Shown here: piece after piece, positions 18,370 to 28,675 of the stretch
Position numbering within the stretch: position 1 is the first letter of the stretch
How the letters are laid out: each line of letters begins with the position of its first letter
Source: Rhodospirillales bacterium
Lineage (GTDB): Bacteria > Pseudomonadota > Alphaproteobacteria > Rhodospirillales > UBA2165
NCBI GenBank assembly: GCA_965213765.1
Contig: OZ243926.1
Location: 2,626,971 to 2,690,970, forward strand
Reading direction: 5' to 3'
Length of the DNA: 64,000 bases
The notes under the pieces: model-generated
Database searches by the model: none
What the model saw: only the letters and a program-made list of their open reading frames with translations
Told to the model about the DNA's origin: nothing
Position numbers and translations under genes: made by a program

Positions 18370-19664
18370 TAGTAGCGGTAATATTCAGGCTTGTAGGGCC
18401 CGGCCTGCCGGACGCCGATATACTCGGCCTGCGCCGGTGTGAGCTCGGTGAGTTTGACCCCCAGCTTGCCGAGGTGCAGGCGTGCCACCTTCTCGTCCAG
18501 GTCCTTGGGCAGGACATAGACCTTGTTCTCGTACTTGCCGGCATTGTTCCAAATCTCGATCTGGGCCAACACCTGGTTGGTGAAGCTGGCGCTCATGACA
18601 AAGCTCGGATGACCGGTGGCGCAACCCAAATTCACCAGCCGGCCCTCGGCCAGCACGATAACCCGCTTGCCGTCCGGAAACTCCACCTCATCCACCTGGG
18701 GCTTCACATTGTGCCATTTGTAGTTCCGCAAGGATTCGATCTGAATTTCGGAATCAAAGTGACCGATGTTGGAAACGATGGCCCGGTCCTTCATCTCCCG
18801 CATGTGATCGATGGTGATGACGTCAATGTTGCCGGTGGTGGTCACGAAGACGTCGCCGATAGGCGCCGCCTCGTCCATTGTGACCACTTCATAGCCTTCC
18901 ATCGACGCCTGAAGAGCACAGATGGGGTCGATTTCGGTCACCAGAACCCGTGCGCCCTGGCCCCGAAGACTGGCGGCCGAGCCCTTGCCCACGTCGCCAT
19001 ATCCGGCGACCACGGCGATCTTACCGGCCAACATCACATCGGTTGCCCGCTTGATGCCGTCAACGAGGCTCTCCCGGCAGCCATAGAGATTGTCGAATTT
19101 CGACTTGGTCACCGAATCGTTGACGTTGAAGGCCGGCACCATCAACGAGCCATCTTTCTCCATCTCGTAGAGGCGGTGAACGCCGGTGGTGGTTTCCTCG
19201 GACAGTCCCTTGACGCCGGCCATCTTGTCTTTGTGCTTCTCGTGCATGACCGCCGTGAGGTCGCCGCCGTCATCCAATATCATGTTGGGCGCCCAGCCAT
19301 CAGGTCCCTCGATGGTTTGATCGATACACCACCAGAACTCTTCCTCGGTTTCCCCCTTCCAGGCGAAGACCGGAATATTCTCGGCGGCGATGGCCGCGGC
19401 AGCCTGATCCTGGGTGGAGAAGATATTGCACGAACTCCAGCGGATCTCCGCGCCGAGGTCGATCAGCGTTTCAATCAACACGGCTGTCTGAATGGTCATA
19501 TGGAGACATCCGGCGATGCGGGCGCCCGCCAACGGCTTTTTGCCGGCATATTCCTCGCGGATCGCCATCAGTCCGGGCATCTCCGTCTCGGCGATGGCGA
19601 TTTCCTTGCGGCCCCATTCGGCCAGGTCCATGTCGGCAACTTTGTAATCGTTCGCGGCGCTCAT
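18369..19664 (-). CDS. ahcY: adenosylhomocysteinase
   Basis: [33 protein letters not shown].. through ..[10 protein letters not shown] is a full-length SAH hydrolase. I rejected the 33-codon upstream extension in the track. The stop TAG (18369-18371) straddles the IS630 end and its TA duplication. Confidence 0.95.
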   Translation of the reverse strand: MSAANDYKVADMDLAEWGRKEIAIAETEMPGLMAIREEYAGKKPLAGARIAGCLHMTIQTAVLIETLIDLGAEIRWSSCNIFSTQDQAAAAIAAENIPVFAWKGETEEEFWWCIDQTIEGPDGWAPNMILDDGGDLTAVMHEKHKDKMAGVKGLSEETTTGVHRLYEMEKDGSLMVPAFNVNDSVTKSKFDNLYGCRESLVDGIKRATDVMLAGKIAVVAGYGDVGKGSAASLRGQGARVLVTEIDPICALQASMEGYEVVTMDEAAPIGDVFVTTTGNIDVITIDHMREMKDRAIVSNIGHFDSEIQIESLRNYKWHNVKPQVDEVEFPDGKRVIVLAEGRLVNLGCATGHPSFVMSASFTNQVLAQIEIWNNAGKYENKVYVLPKDLDEKVARLHLGKLGVKLTELTPAQAEYIGVRQAGPYKPEYYRY

Positions 19665-19819
19665 CCATCTTCTCCGGGGAGTCCGTAAATCAAGGGCGGC
19701 AGGGATAGCAGCAGCCATTTGGCCAAGCAAGGAATAACCCCGCTTCCGTCCCACTTGTCCCACACTGCCTGATGTAAGGGTTGGACCGGCGGTTTCAACG
19801 ACCCCGGATCAGTCGAGGA

Positions 19820-20092
19820 TCATCCGTCCTCTTCTTCAAACCCGGCCTCGACCAATTCGGTGATGGCGGCCATGGCCCGGTCTCCCTCCGGGCCCGATGT
19901 CGTCACCTCGATCCGCATGCCGGGCGCCGCCGCCAGCATCATCAAGCCCATGATCGAGGTGCCAAGAACCGTCGTCCCGTCCTTGGACACGGTGACCTCG
20001 ACATCGAACCCCCGGACCAATTTGACGAACTTTGCCGCAGCCCGGGCGTGCAGACCACGCGAATTGCAAATGGTGAGGGTCGATCGGGGCAT
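19820..20092 (-). CDS. HPr-family phosphocarrier protein (NPr/HPr)
   Basis: 90 aa. ..ICNSRGLHARAAAKFV.. contains the His phosphorylation motif, and ..GTSIMGLMML.. is the Ser region. Confidence 0.9.
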   Translation of the reverse strand: MPRSTLTICNSRGLHARAAAKFVKLVRGFDVEVTVSKDGTTVLGTSIMGLMMLAAAPGMRIEVTTSGPEGDRAMAAITELVEAGFEEEDG

Positions 20093-20118
20093 GGCGGCTG
20101 GAGCCCTACCGAATGGGG

Positions 20119-20526
20119 CTAGTCGGCCTCCTTGGCCAGCAATTGGGAAGCAACGTTAATGTACTTCCGGCCCGCCTCCTGGGCCTTGGCCACCGCCTCG
20201 CCGAGTTCAAGCTCGTCCCGGACGCTGGCGAGCTTGACCAGCATCGGCAGATTGACCCCGGCGATCACCTCGATGTTTGCGCGTTCCATAATGGAAATAG
20301 CCAAATTCGACGGCGTGCCGCCGAACATGTCGGTGAGAACAACGACGCCCTCCCCGCTGTCCGTCTCCTCGACACTGTTCACGATATCGGCGCGGCGCCG
20401 CTCCATGTCATCGTCCGGCCCTATGCAGACCGAGGCGACTTGCGGCTGAGGTCCAACGACGTGCTCCAACGCACCGATGAGCTCGTCGGCCAAATGGCCG
20501 TGGGTAACCAAAACCAATCCGATCAT
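20119..20526 (-). CDS. PTS EIIA component, mannose/fructose family
   Basis: MIGLVLVTHGHLADELIGALEHVVG.. is an EIIA-Man N-terminus. Its start overlaps the rapZ stop. Confidence 0.85.
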   Translation of the reverse strand: MIGLVLVTHGHLADELIGALEHVVGPQPQVASVCIGPDDDMERRRADIVNSVEETDSGEGVVVLTDMFGGTPSNLAISIMERANIEVIAGVNLPMLVKLASVRDELELGEAVAKAQEAGRKYINVASQLLAKEAD

Positions 20527-21458
20527 TGAGAGTCCTCTTTTGCCGGAACCGGTGGATCAGCCAGCCCCAGATCACGATGGCGAACCTGAACCTTCTCGCC
20601 CAGGCTGTCAAACCACCCGCCCAGTTGTTCGGTCACGTAGACGGAACGGTGCCGGCCGCCTGTGCAGCCTATCCCGATGGTCAAATAGCTTTTTCCCTCC
20701 GCCTTGTAGGATGGCAGGAGCGGCTGGAGCAGATTGGTCAATCCGTCCCAAAAACTCCCAAATGCCGGATCCCCGGCAATGTATGCCGCAACGGCTTCGT
20801 CCCGCCCGCTTTGTGACCGCAGCTTGGGATCGTAATGGGGGTTTGCGAGAAACCGTACGTCGAAGACAAGATCCGCATCCCGGGGCAAACCCCGCCGATA
20901 GGAAAACGACGTCACGAATATATTGAGGCCGCTGCCGCCGCCCGGCGAAAAATGAGCCTCGAGCAATTGCTTGAGCTCTCCGGGCGCCATGCCGGTGGTA
21001 TCGATAACGTGATGAGCCCGGTCGCGAAGCCGCGAGACGACCCGTCTTTCATGGGCGATACCATCGGCAATCGGCCGGTCCATGGCCAGCGGATGACGGT
21101 GCCGGGTGACCTCATAGCGGCGCCTGAGTTCCTCGTCGTCACAATCAACGAACAAGATTTCCACTTCGACCGACCCTGTGCCGGCCAGTTCATCAAATTG
21201 GGTCAGGAAGGCATCCACGCCAAACCCGCGGGTCCGGATATCGACGCCAACCGCGATAGGCCGGTCGAAACCGGAGCCCGTTAGCCCCGGCTGTGTCGAC
21301 AGAACCAGGCTCCCCAGCAGCGGCAGCGGAACATTATCGACGGCTTCGTAGTCAAGATCTTCGAAGGCTTTCAGGACAGACGTCTTCCCTGCACCCGATA
21401 TTCCGGTCACCAGGACCAGCCGGGCGGACGAGGCGGGTTTCGCCGGTGCCCCGGTCAC
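20523..21458 (-). CDS. rapZ: RNase adapter / nucleotide-binding protein RapZ (YhbJ family)
   Basis: LVLVTGISGAGKTSVLKAFEDL P-loop and C-terminal ..IGCTGGRHRSV.. motif. The start is set at the GTG that overlaps the hprK stop (GTGA). I rejected the upstream extension. Confidence 0.85.
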   Translation of the reverse strand: MTGAPAKPASSARLVLVTGISGAGKTSVLKAFEDLDYEAVDNVPLPLLGSLVLSTQPGLTGSGFDRPIAVGVDIRTRGFGVDAFLTQFDELAGTGSVEVEILFVDCDDEELRRRYEVTRHRHPLAMDRPIADGIAHERRVVSRLRDRAHHVIDTTGMAPGELKQLLEAHFSPGGGSGLNIFVTSFSYRRGLPRDADLVFDVRFLANPHYDPKLRSQSGRDEAVAAYIAGDPAFGSFWDGLTNLLQPLLPSYKAEGKSYLTIGIGCTGGRHRSVYVTEQLGGWFDSLGEKVQVRHRDLGLADPPVPAKEDSQ

Positions 21459-21925
21459 GGCCGCGCCTTCAAGGGTGCAAGCAATGCCCCCTCCTCCAGA
21501 CGGTTGGCGGCGCCTGAAGCTGTCTTGACCGCCAACTCGACCTTCTCCGCCACAGCGGTATCGAATGCGTGCAGGCGGACGCACGCGATTTGGTGTCCCA
21601 ATATCTCCGTTGCCGGGTCTTCAGGCAGCCGCTCGACGGCATCGCGGCCGACCAGTTCGACCACCAAGTTCAATGGCGCCACGGCCTGATGGTCCAGTTT
21701 GACAATTCCAATACCGTGAACTTCCAACAAGCCGGCGAGATTAGCCGGTGCGCTCAGGCTCACCGCGCCGGAATTCACGCGGGTCACGACCCGGTCGTCG
21801 GCGACCAACCTGGCGCCACGGTTGATCAGGCGCAGGGCGAGGTCCGACTTTCCGGCACCTGACGGTCCGGTAATCAGAACGCCGTAACCATCGATGGAAA
21901 CCGCGGTGGCGTGGATATGATCCAT
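21455..21925 (-). CDS. hprK: HPr kinase/phosphorylase, short alphaproteobacterial form (C-terminal catalytic domain only)
   Basis: ..GVLITGPSGAGKSDLALRLI..LVADD.. in 156 aa, located between chvG and rapZ. Confidence 0.85.
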   Translation of the reverse strand: MDHIHATAVSIDGYGVLITGPSGAGKSDLALRLINRGARLVADDRVVTRVNSGAVSLSAPANLAGLLEVHGIGIVKLDHQAVAPLNLVVELVGRDAVERLPEDPATEILGHQIACVRLHAFDTAVAEKVELAVKTASGAANRLEEGALLAPLKARP

Positions 21926-21940
21926 GGCAGGACTAAATGC

Positions 21941-23593
21941 TCAGAGGTTCGGCGTGTCAATGGGGCCGAGAGGCAACTCGACGACGAACCGCGCCCCGGT
22001 GCGTCCGGTGGAAAAGTCCTCATAGTTTTCAGCGCGAATCGAGCCGCCATGCGCCTCGACGATTTGCTTGGAAATGCTGAGCCCCAGACCGGAGTGAGTC
22101 CCAAACTTCTCGGACTCCGGCCGTTCTTGATAGAAACGCTCGAATATCTGCTCTTCCGCCCCCTTCGGAACGCCGGGTCCGTGGTCCTCGACCAGCACCC
22201 GGACATCGTCGTCACGCCGCCTGATACGAAGGGTTATTTGGCCGCCCTCCGGACTGAAGCTCAGGGCGTTGCCGATCAGGTTGCGAAACACCTGAACAAG
22301 ACGATCCTCCAGACCGGATACCAAACAGGGCAGATTATCCTCGGCGTCCAGGACGAGGTTGATCGTCTGCTCCTCTGCGGTTGCGCCGTAGGCATCCCTC
22401 AGGGTCGCCACCAAGCCGGCGATATCGACGGTTGCCATTTCGGCTCGAGACAATTCCGCATCCAGGCGGGAGGCGTCAGAGATGTCGGTGATCAACCGGT
22501 CCAGCCTGAACACGTCGTCCTGGATGATTGCCATCAACTTCCGTTGCTGTTCCGGGTCGGAGACGCGGGACGCCGTTTCGACCGCACTCCTGAGCGAGGT
22601 AAGCGGGTTCTTTATTTCGTGGGCCACGTCGGCGGCGAAACCCTCGATGGCATCCATCCGGTTCCATAGCGCTTCGGTCATTTCCCGGAGGGCCCAGCCG
22701 AGATCTCCGATCTCGTCGTTGCGGCCGGAGAGATCGGGCAGGCGGTACTGCCGGGAGAGGCCATGCCGGACCCGGTCGGCAGCCAGCGACAGCCGCCGCA
22801 ATGGCCGGGCGATGGTGCCGGCCAGGTAGACCGACAACAGGACCGTAATCAACAGGGCAACACCAAACACCTTCAGTATATCCAGCCTGACCTGAAACAC
22901 CGCCTCGTCGATTTCCCGGGAATCCCGAAACAGCAAGAGTGCGCCCAACACCCGCTTGTATCGCTGAACCGGCGCCGCGACGCTGATGATCATTTCGCCA
23001 TCGGGGCCGATTTGGACGCCGCTGCCGTGTTCGCCGGCGAGCGCCAGGCGCGTTTCGGGAAGCTGAGAACTAGTGCCCGCATCGTCGAGATAGGGTCTCC
23101 GCCCGGATGCGCCGCGGAACCATCTCGCCCAACGCTCATAGGCGCCCAGCACAAAGCCTCCCAGCCCTTCCCCGTCACGCGGCGGCGGCAATTCATCGAT
23201 CCGCACGGTGCCGCCGGGTCCGACAAGAAACCGGCTGTCGCTGACCACCCGTCCCTGGGTATCGATCAGTTGCGCCCGTGTCCGGGATGTGGCTGCGAGA
23301 CGGCGGACAATTTGTCTCGCCACCTCCTCGACCAGAGCCTGGTTTTCCGAGTCCCCGTCGCTCACCGCCGCCTCGCCGAGCGCGGCGGCAATCAGATCGG
23401 CCTGGGTTGTCAACGCGGCGATTTCGGTTCGGATCAGTCCTTCACGATACTGGCCCACGTACAGCAATCCGCTCACCAACACGGCAAGCGCAAAAACATT
23501 AACCGCGAGTATTCGCCGGGTGATGGGCGAAAACCGGCCTTTGGGCCGCGCACGGCCCCGCCGACGATTTCTTTGGTGCGCCCCCCGATCCAC
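21941..23593 (-). CDS. chvG: sensor histidine kinase ChvG/ExoS/BvrS family
   Basis: Two TM segments with a periplasmic domain, HAMP, an H-box (..FAADVAHEIKNPLTSL..), and HATPase_c. It lies directly downstream of the OmpR-type regulator. Confidence 0.8.
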   Translation of the reverse strand: MDRGAHQRNRRRGRARPKGRFSPITRRILAVNVFALAVLVSGLLYVGQYREGLIRTEIAALTTQADLIAAALGEAAVSDGDSENQALVEEVARQIVRRLAATSRTRAQLIDTQGRVVSDSRFLVGPGGTVRIDELPPPRDGEGLGGFVLGAYERWARWFRGASGRRPYLDDAGTSSQLPETRLALAGEHGSGVQIGPDGEMIISVAAPVQRYKRVLGALLLFRDSREIDEAVFQVRLDILKVFGVALLITVLLSVYLAGTIARPLRRLSLAADRVRHGLSRQYRLPDLSGRNDEIGDLGWALREMTEALWNRMDAIEGFAADVAHEIKNPLTSLRSAVETASRVSDPEQQRKLMAIIQDDVFRLDRLITDISDASRLDAELSRAEMATVDIAGLVATLRDAYGATAEEQTINLVLDAEDNLPCLVSGLEDRLVQVFRNLIGNALSFSPEGGQITLRIRRRDDDVRVLVEDHGPGVPKGAEEQIFERFYQERPESEKFGTHSGLGLSISKQIVEAHGGSIRAENYEDFSTGRTGARFVVELPLGPIDTPNL

Positions 23594-23620
23594 TCGTCCG
23601 ACCCAGTTGGTGGTGTTGGC

Positions 23621-24337
23621 CTACTTCGTTACGGCCCGGCCGTCGTTGTAACGATACCCCACACCATACAGCGTTTCGATGGCCGAGAAGTCTTCATCAA
23701 TCTTCCGGAACTTCTTCCGAAGCCGTTTGACATGGCTGTCAATCGTCCGGTCGTCGACGTAAATGTGATCACCATATGCCGCGTCGATCAGCTGTTCCCG
23801 GTTTTTGACGTGTCCCGGCCGGGTGGCCAATGATTGAAGCAACAGAAACTCGGTGACCGTCAGGTCGACCGGTTTTCCGCGCCAGGTGCACCGATGACGC
23901 GTGCCGTCGAGGATAAGATCCCCGCGCTTGATCGTCTCGTCCCGGGGCTTGGGCGCGTTCTCGTCATCCGGCCCTTCCTGCCGGCGCAACAGCGCTCGGA
24001 TGCGTTCGATCAGGAGGCGTTGGGAGAACGGCTTTTTGATATAGTCGTCGGCCCCCATGCGGAGACCCAGCACCTCATCGATCTCATCTTCCTTGGAGGT
24101 GAGAAAAATGATCGGCACGCTGGAGCGTTCGCGAAGCTTGGACAGCAACTCCATGCCGTCCAGGCGCGGCATTTTGATGTCGAGCACCACCAGATCGGGC
24201 GGCGCCGTTCTCAGCCCATGAAGCGCCTGCACCGAATCGGAGTAGGATTTAACCTCGAAACCCTCGGTCTCAAGCGCCATCGCCACGGAGGTCAAAATGT
24301 TGCGGTCGTCATCGACCAGAACAATCGATTGAGTCAT
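23621..24337 (-). CDS. chvI: OmpR-family response regulator ChvI/BvrR type
   Basis: Receiver domain (..[28 protein letters not shown]..) plus a winged-helix C-terminus (..[11 protein letters not shown]). Confidence 0.85.
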   Translation of the reverse strand: MTQSIVLVDDDRNILTSVAMALETEGFEVKSYSDSVQALHGLRTAPPDLVVLDIKMPRLDGMELLSKLRERSSVPIIFLTSKEDEIDEVLGLRMGADDYIKKPFSQRLLIERIRALLRRQEGPDDENAPKPRDETIKRGDLILDGTRHRCTWRGKPVDLTVTEFLLLQSLATRPGHVKNREQLIDAAYGDHIYVDDRTIDSHVKRLRKKFRKIDEDFSAIETLYGVGYRYNDGRAVTK

Positions 24338-24522
24338 GCCCGTTCTCTTACCCGCCAGTTAACCTTGATCGGACGCACGCGGGTCCGGGAAGCGGCCCGG
24401 CGCACCAAACAACGTCGTCCAATTGACGGCGGAATTGTGGCAAAAATATAGTCCAATTATGGCACGGCGGGAGGTCTATCATAATTTCTTTCGTGATTTC
24501 AGAGGGATAAGACACAGCGATT

Positions 24523-25284
24523 ATGGCAATTCGGACCAAAGCGGGCCCCGGACCCCTCCGGGAGATCCAGGGCATGATGCGGCGCTGCCGCAAGGCTGTC
24601 CTCGGCACGAACGCGCGGGAGCCCAAAGGCTGGCCGATGACGTCGCTGGTCGGCATTGCGCCGGCGAGCGACGGCGCGCCGGTTCTCTTGCTGTCCGAAC
24701 TGTCGGCCCACACCCGGAATCTCCAGGCCGATGAGCGGGCCTCGATTTTTCTCGACGGAACCGCCGGCGCCCGCAATCCCCAGACCGGTGCCCGGGTTAC
24801 CTTGTTTGGCCGGCTCCGAAAGGAAGATGATCCGCGTAAGGCCGCGCGTTATCTGCGCTATAATCCGGATGCTTCGTTGTATGCGGATTTCGCCGACTTC
24901 GGCTTCTTTCGGCTGGACATCGAGCGCGCCCATTTCGTCGGCGGGTTTGCACGCGCCTATTGGATCGACGGAAGGAAGCTGGCGGCAAACGGAAATGCGG
25001 CGCGCAATATCTCCAAAGCCGAGGCCGGTATTCTCGAACACATGAACGCCGATCACCTGGAAGCACTCCGGCTTTACGGCACGGTACTGCTGGGTCGGCG
25101 GGGAAAGCACTGGTCGATGATCGGGATCGACCCGGACGGGCTGGACCTCAGGTGCGGACACACCATCCACCGCCTTGATTTTGACGCGCCCGTGGACAGC
25201 GCCGAGACATGCCGGGCGGTCCTTGTTGCGCTTGCAAAAGAGGCGCGGAAAAAATCCGGCCGGGCGCGCCCGCATCGGCCATGA
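24523..25284 (+). CDS. pyridoxamine-5'-phosphate-oxidase-fold protein, HugZ/DUF2470-like
   Basis: The patterns ..AVLGT..GWPMTSLV..DGAPVLLLSELSAHTRNL..RASIF.. and C-terminal ..ILEHMNADH.. fit the family from recollection. The start is uncertain (24523 or an internal Met). Confidence 0.55.
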   Translation: MAIRTKAGPGPLREIQGMMRRCRKAVLGTNAREPKGWPMTSLVGIAPASDGAPVLLLSELSAHTRNLQADERASIFLDGTAGARNPQTGARVTLFGRLRKEDDPRKAARYLRYNPDASLYADFADFGFFRLDIERAHFVGGFARAYWIDGRKLAANGNAARNISKAEAGILEHMNADHLEALRLYGTVLLGRRGKHWSMIGIDPDGLDLRCGHTIHRLDFDAPVDSAETCRAVLVALAKEARKKSGRARPHRP

Positions 25285-25420
25285 ACCGGTTGCTTGTGTC
25301 CGGGTGCAGCGTTACAGTTTTTTTGCGAACGACCGGCATTGGATCAGCAGGCAACCCACCTTCAGTACACTGTCGACCGCCAAAAGGCGACTGCCCAAAA
25401 GGGCATAACGGGAGACAAAC

Positions 25421-27247
25421 ATGACCGCTACCGGCACCAACCGGACCACCAACGCAAAACTTATGGCTTGGGTCGAGGAGATGGCCGGGCTTTGCCAGCC
25501 CGACCGGGTTCAGTGGTGTGACGGCTCCGAGGAGGAGTATCGGCAGCTCATCGATCAGATGCTGGAGTCCGGTACGCTGATGAAACTCAGCGAAGAGAAG
25601 CGGCCCAATTCCTACTTGGCGCGGTCCGACCCGGACGATGTCGCGCGGGTTGAGCACCGGACGTTTGTTTGCTCCAAGAAGCAGGAAGATGCGGGCCCAA
25701 CCAACAATTGGGTCGATCCGGCGGAGATGAAGGAGACCATGAACGGTCTCTTCGACGGCGCCATGCGCGGCCGGACCATGTATGTCATTCCCTTCTCCAT
25801 GGGTCCCATCGGCTCCCACATCTCGCATATCGGGGTGCAGCTCACAGATTCGCCCTATGTCGCGGCGAGCATGAAGATCATGACCCGGATGGGTCAGCAG
25901 GCGCTGGACGTTCTCGGCGACGGCGAGTTTGTACCGTGCATGCATACCGTCGGCGCACCTCTCGAGGGCGGGCGGGAAGACGTGCCCTGGCCGTGCAACG
26001 AGACCAAATACATCGTCCAGTATCCCGAGGACCGGGCCATCTGGTCCTATGGGTCCGGCTATGGCGGCAATGCCCTCCTTGGAAAGAAGTGCTTCTCGCT
26101 CCGCATCGCCTCGGTCATGGCGCGGGACGAGGGCTGGCTCGCCGAACACATGCTGATTTTGGGCCTTGAGAGTCCCGAAGGCGAAAAGACCTATGTCGCC
26201 GCCGCCTTCCCGAGCGCCTGCGGCAAGACAAATCTGGCGATGATTATTCCGCCGCAAGGTTTCGACGGTTGGAAGGTTTCGACCGTCGGCGACGATATCG
26301 CGTGGATCAAAACCGGCGAAGACGGCCGCCTCCACGCCATCAATCCGGAAGCCGGATATTTCGGCGTCGTCCCCGGCACCTCTTCGAAGACCAATCCGAA
26401 TGCCGTCAAGATGATGGAGCGGGACACCATTTTCACCAATGTCGCGCTGACCGATGACGACGATGTGTGGTGGGAGGGTCATGACGATCCGCCGCCGGAT
26501 CATCTAATCGACTGGCGCGGCAATGACTGGACGCCGTCGTCCGGGGACAAGGCAGCTCACCCCAATGCCCGCTTCACCTGCCCGACCACCCAATGTCCGA
26601 CCTATTCGGACGATTGGGAGGACCCCAACGGCGTGCCGATCAGCGCTTTCATTTTTGGCGGACGCCTCAGCCACACCTTCCCGTTGGTCTATCAGTCGAC
26701 CGACTGGCGGCACGGTGTGTATATGGCGGCGACCATGGGGTCGGAAGCGACCGCCGCCGCAGTCAATCAAGCGGCGATCCGCCGGGACCCGATGGCGATG
26801 CTGCCGTTCTGCGGCTACAACATGGCCGACTACTGGCGGCACTGGCTGGATCTCGGCGGCAAACTCACCAACCCGCCGCCCATCTTTCGGGTCAACTGGT
26901 TCCGCAAGGATGAGAACGGCGGCTTTGTTTGGCCGGGCTTTGGCGAAAACATGCGGGTCTTGCAGTGGATCGTCGACCGGGTGAACGGCAAGGCGGATGC
27001 GGTCGAGAGCCCGTTCGGCTTCATGCCGCGACACCAGGACTTGAACTGGAAGGGCCTGGATTTCGGAGTGGATATCTTCGCCAGCATCATGGACATCGAT
27101 ACCGCGGCGGGCCGCGCCGAGGCGGAAGCGCAGAAAGAACTCTTCGACAGCTTCGATGACGCCCTCCCGGACGAAATGGAGACTCAGCGCCGGGCCTTGA
27201 TACGGCGGCTCGACGCGGCGCCCGAGGTCTGGCGGGTCGCAGGCTGA
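25421..27247 (+). CDS. pckG: phosphoenolpyruvate carboxykinase (GTP)
   Basis: 608 aa with ..YVIPFSMGP.., ..[12 protein letters not shown].. (kinase-1a), and ..WWEG... It is transcribed in the opposite direction to the chvI cluster. Confidence 0.95.
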   Translation: MTATGTNRTTNAKLMAWVEEMAGLCQPDRVQWCDGSEEEYRQLIDQMLESGTLMKLSEEKRPNSYLARSDPDDVARVEHRTFVCSKKQEDAGPTNNWVDPAEMKETMNGLFDGAMRGRTMYVIPFSMGPIGSHISHIGVQLTDSPYVAASMKIMTRMGQQALDVLGDGEFVPCMHTVGAPLEGGREDVPWPCNETKYIVQYPEDRAIWSYGSGYGGNALLGKKCFSLRIASVMARDEGWLAEHMLILGLESPEGEKTYVAAAFPSACGKTNLAMIIPPQGFDGWKVSTVGDDIAWIKTGEDGRLHAINPEAGYFGVVPGTSSKTNPNAVKMMERDTIFTNVALTDDDDVWWEGHDDPPPDHLIDWRGNDWTPSSGDKAAHPNARFTCPTTQCPTYSDDWEDPNGVPISAFIFGGRLSHTFPLVYQSTDWRHGVYMAATMGSEATAAAVNQAAIRRDPMAMLPFCGYNMADYWRHWLDLGGKLTNPPPIFRVNWFRKDENGGFVWPGFGENMRVLQWIVDRVNGKADAVESPFGFMPRHQDLNWKGLDFGVDIFASIMDIDTAAGRAEAEAQKELFDSFDDALPDEMETQRRALIRRLDAAPEVWRVAG

Positions 27248-27264
27248 ATTGGGGAGGTCAGGTC

Positions 27265-27675
27265 ATGGCAAATGTCAGTATGAAAACGTCGCTGCCGGTG
27301 GATGCCAAACAGGTTTGGGAGGCAATCGGTAATTTCAATGCCTTGCCCTCCTGGCATCCCGCCATCGAATCCAGTGAGCTGGAGGACGGCGGCACCGTCC
27401 GGCGGCTAACGGTGATGGGCGGCGGTGAAATTGTCGAGAAACTGGTCGCCCGCGACGACGAGGAACTGACCTACACCTATTCCGTTGTTTCCTCGCCGCT
27501 GCCGGTGATCAATTACTCCGCGACCCTGAAGGTCGCGCCGAATGAAAGCGGCGGTGCCGATGTGGAATGGTCCGGTCAGTTCGAACCGGCCCAGGACATT
27601 CCCGATGCGACGAAGGCGGTTCAGGACGTCTATCAGGCGGGGATGGATAATTTGAAAAAGATGTTCGGGGGCTAG
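27265..27675 (+). CDS. SRPBCC (Bet v1/START-like) family protein
   Basis: 136 aa. ..VWEAIGNFNALPSWHPAI..E.. fits the polyketide-cyclase/SRPBCC family pattern. Confidence 0.6.
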   Translation: MANVSMKTSLPVDAKQVWEAIGNFNALPSWHPAIESSELEDGGTVRRLTVMGGGEIVEKLVARDDEELTYTYSVVSSPLPVINYSATLKVAPNESGGADVEWSGQFEPAQDIPDATKAVQDVYQAGMDNLKKMFGG

Positions 27676-27679
27676 CCAG

Positions 27680-28588
27680 CTAGGTCCAAACCTCTCTGAT
27701 CCGGACCCAGATACGCCCGTCGATAATGCCAAGGCCCATCAAGATCAGGGCCGTACCCGCTATCTGCCGGGCGTCCAGAGTTTCACCCAGGACCGCCACG
27801 CCCAGCACGATAGCGCTGACCGGGATCAGAAAGGTGACCAGCAGCAGGTTGGTTGCGCCGGCTTCGGACAGGATTTTGAAATAAATCGTGTAGGCGAGAC
27901 TGGTGGACAACACGGCGAGACCGGCGATCGACGCCCACACCGCCCCACTCGGTACCGGCAGGGTCCAGGGCTCCTCGACGATGGCCGCGACAACGGCAAG
28001 CACGACGGCCGACGCCGTCAGCTGGCCGGCTGCGGCATCGAATGAGCCCGCACCCAGCCGGACAAATCGTTTTCCAAAGACCCCGGCAAAGGCATAGCTG
28101 ATTGCCGCGCCGAGAACCGCCAGTTGCCCCCAGGTTCCGCCGCCCGACGCGCCGATATCGGGCGATAGGATAACAACGACACCGACGAATCCGGTGACGA
28201 GGCCCAGCATCCCCCGCACCGTCAGTTTTTCGTCGCGGGTCAACAAATGGGCGACGACGATCGTGAACAGAGGGGTCGTTGCATTGAGCACCGAGGCAAG
28301 AGCGCTCGAAATGTGAATCTGCCCCCAGGCAATCAGTGAAAACGGGACGATGTTGTTCAGGATCGCCATCCCCAAGTAGGCCAAAGCAAGGGGCACGGAG
28401 ATTTTCATCGGCTTGCCGAATGCCGTCATCACCACGTGCAGGACCAGGGCCGCCACGCCCACTCGCAGAAAGACAATCGTAAGGGTCGGAAGCTCGGGAA
28501 CCGCAACCTCGACGAAGAAGAACGACCCGCCCCACAGTACGGAGAGCAAAACGAGCAGCAACCAGATCTTGGCGTCGGGAGCGGTCAC
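27680..28588 (-). CDS. DMT-superfamily (EamA) transporter
   Basis: 302 aa and about 10 hydrophobic helices, with two EamA-like halves. Confidence 0.75.
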   Translation of the reverse strand: MTAPDAKIWLLLVLLSVLWGGSFFFVEVAVPELPTLTIVFLRVGVAALVLHVVMTAFGKPMKISVPLALAYLGMAILNNIVPFSLIAWGQIHISSALASVLNATTPLFTIVVAHLLTRDEKLTVRGMLGLVTGFVGVVVILSPDIGASGGGTWGQLAVLGAAISYAFAGVFGKRFVRLGAGSFDAAAGQLTASAVVLAVVAAIVEEPWTLPVPSGAVWASIAGLAVLSTSLAYTIYFKILSEAGATNLLLVTFLIPVSAIVLGVAVLGETLDARQIAGTALILMGLGIIDGRIWVRIREVWT

Positions 28589-28675
28589 ACGAGGGGTGGT
28601 CCGGCAGCGGTGCGTTGGAAGCGCCCAACCCTAACGGGGCGGGGACCCGCGGTCTTTCCGAAAGTTGCGGCAGCG

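Noticed and set aside
19665-19819. SAH riboswitch in the ahcY leader
   Set aside because: Reading the minus-strand leader, I could not find the conserved SAH-riboswitch core sequences or a convincing pseudoknot arrangement. A covariance-model scan would be needed to exclude it formally.
25148-26503. 451-aa ORF antisense to pckG, and similar long antisense ORFs: 30579..33086 (+, opposite polA), 17219..18346 (+, opposite the IS630 transposase), 36984..38585 (+, opposite PPK2), 43201..44259 (-, opposite the FAH gene), 58413..59693 (-), 13279..14478 (+), 41773..42642 (-), 27783..28874 (-), 38619..39899 (+), and 39986..41110 (-)
   Set aside because: Each lies opposite a gene with clear family signatures. 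Their translations are Arg/Gly/Pro-rich low-complexity sequences typical of shadow frames in high-G+C DNA, and none shows a recognisable motif.
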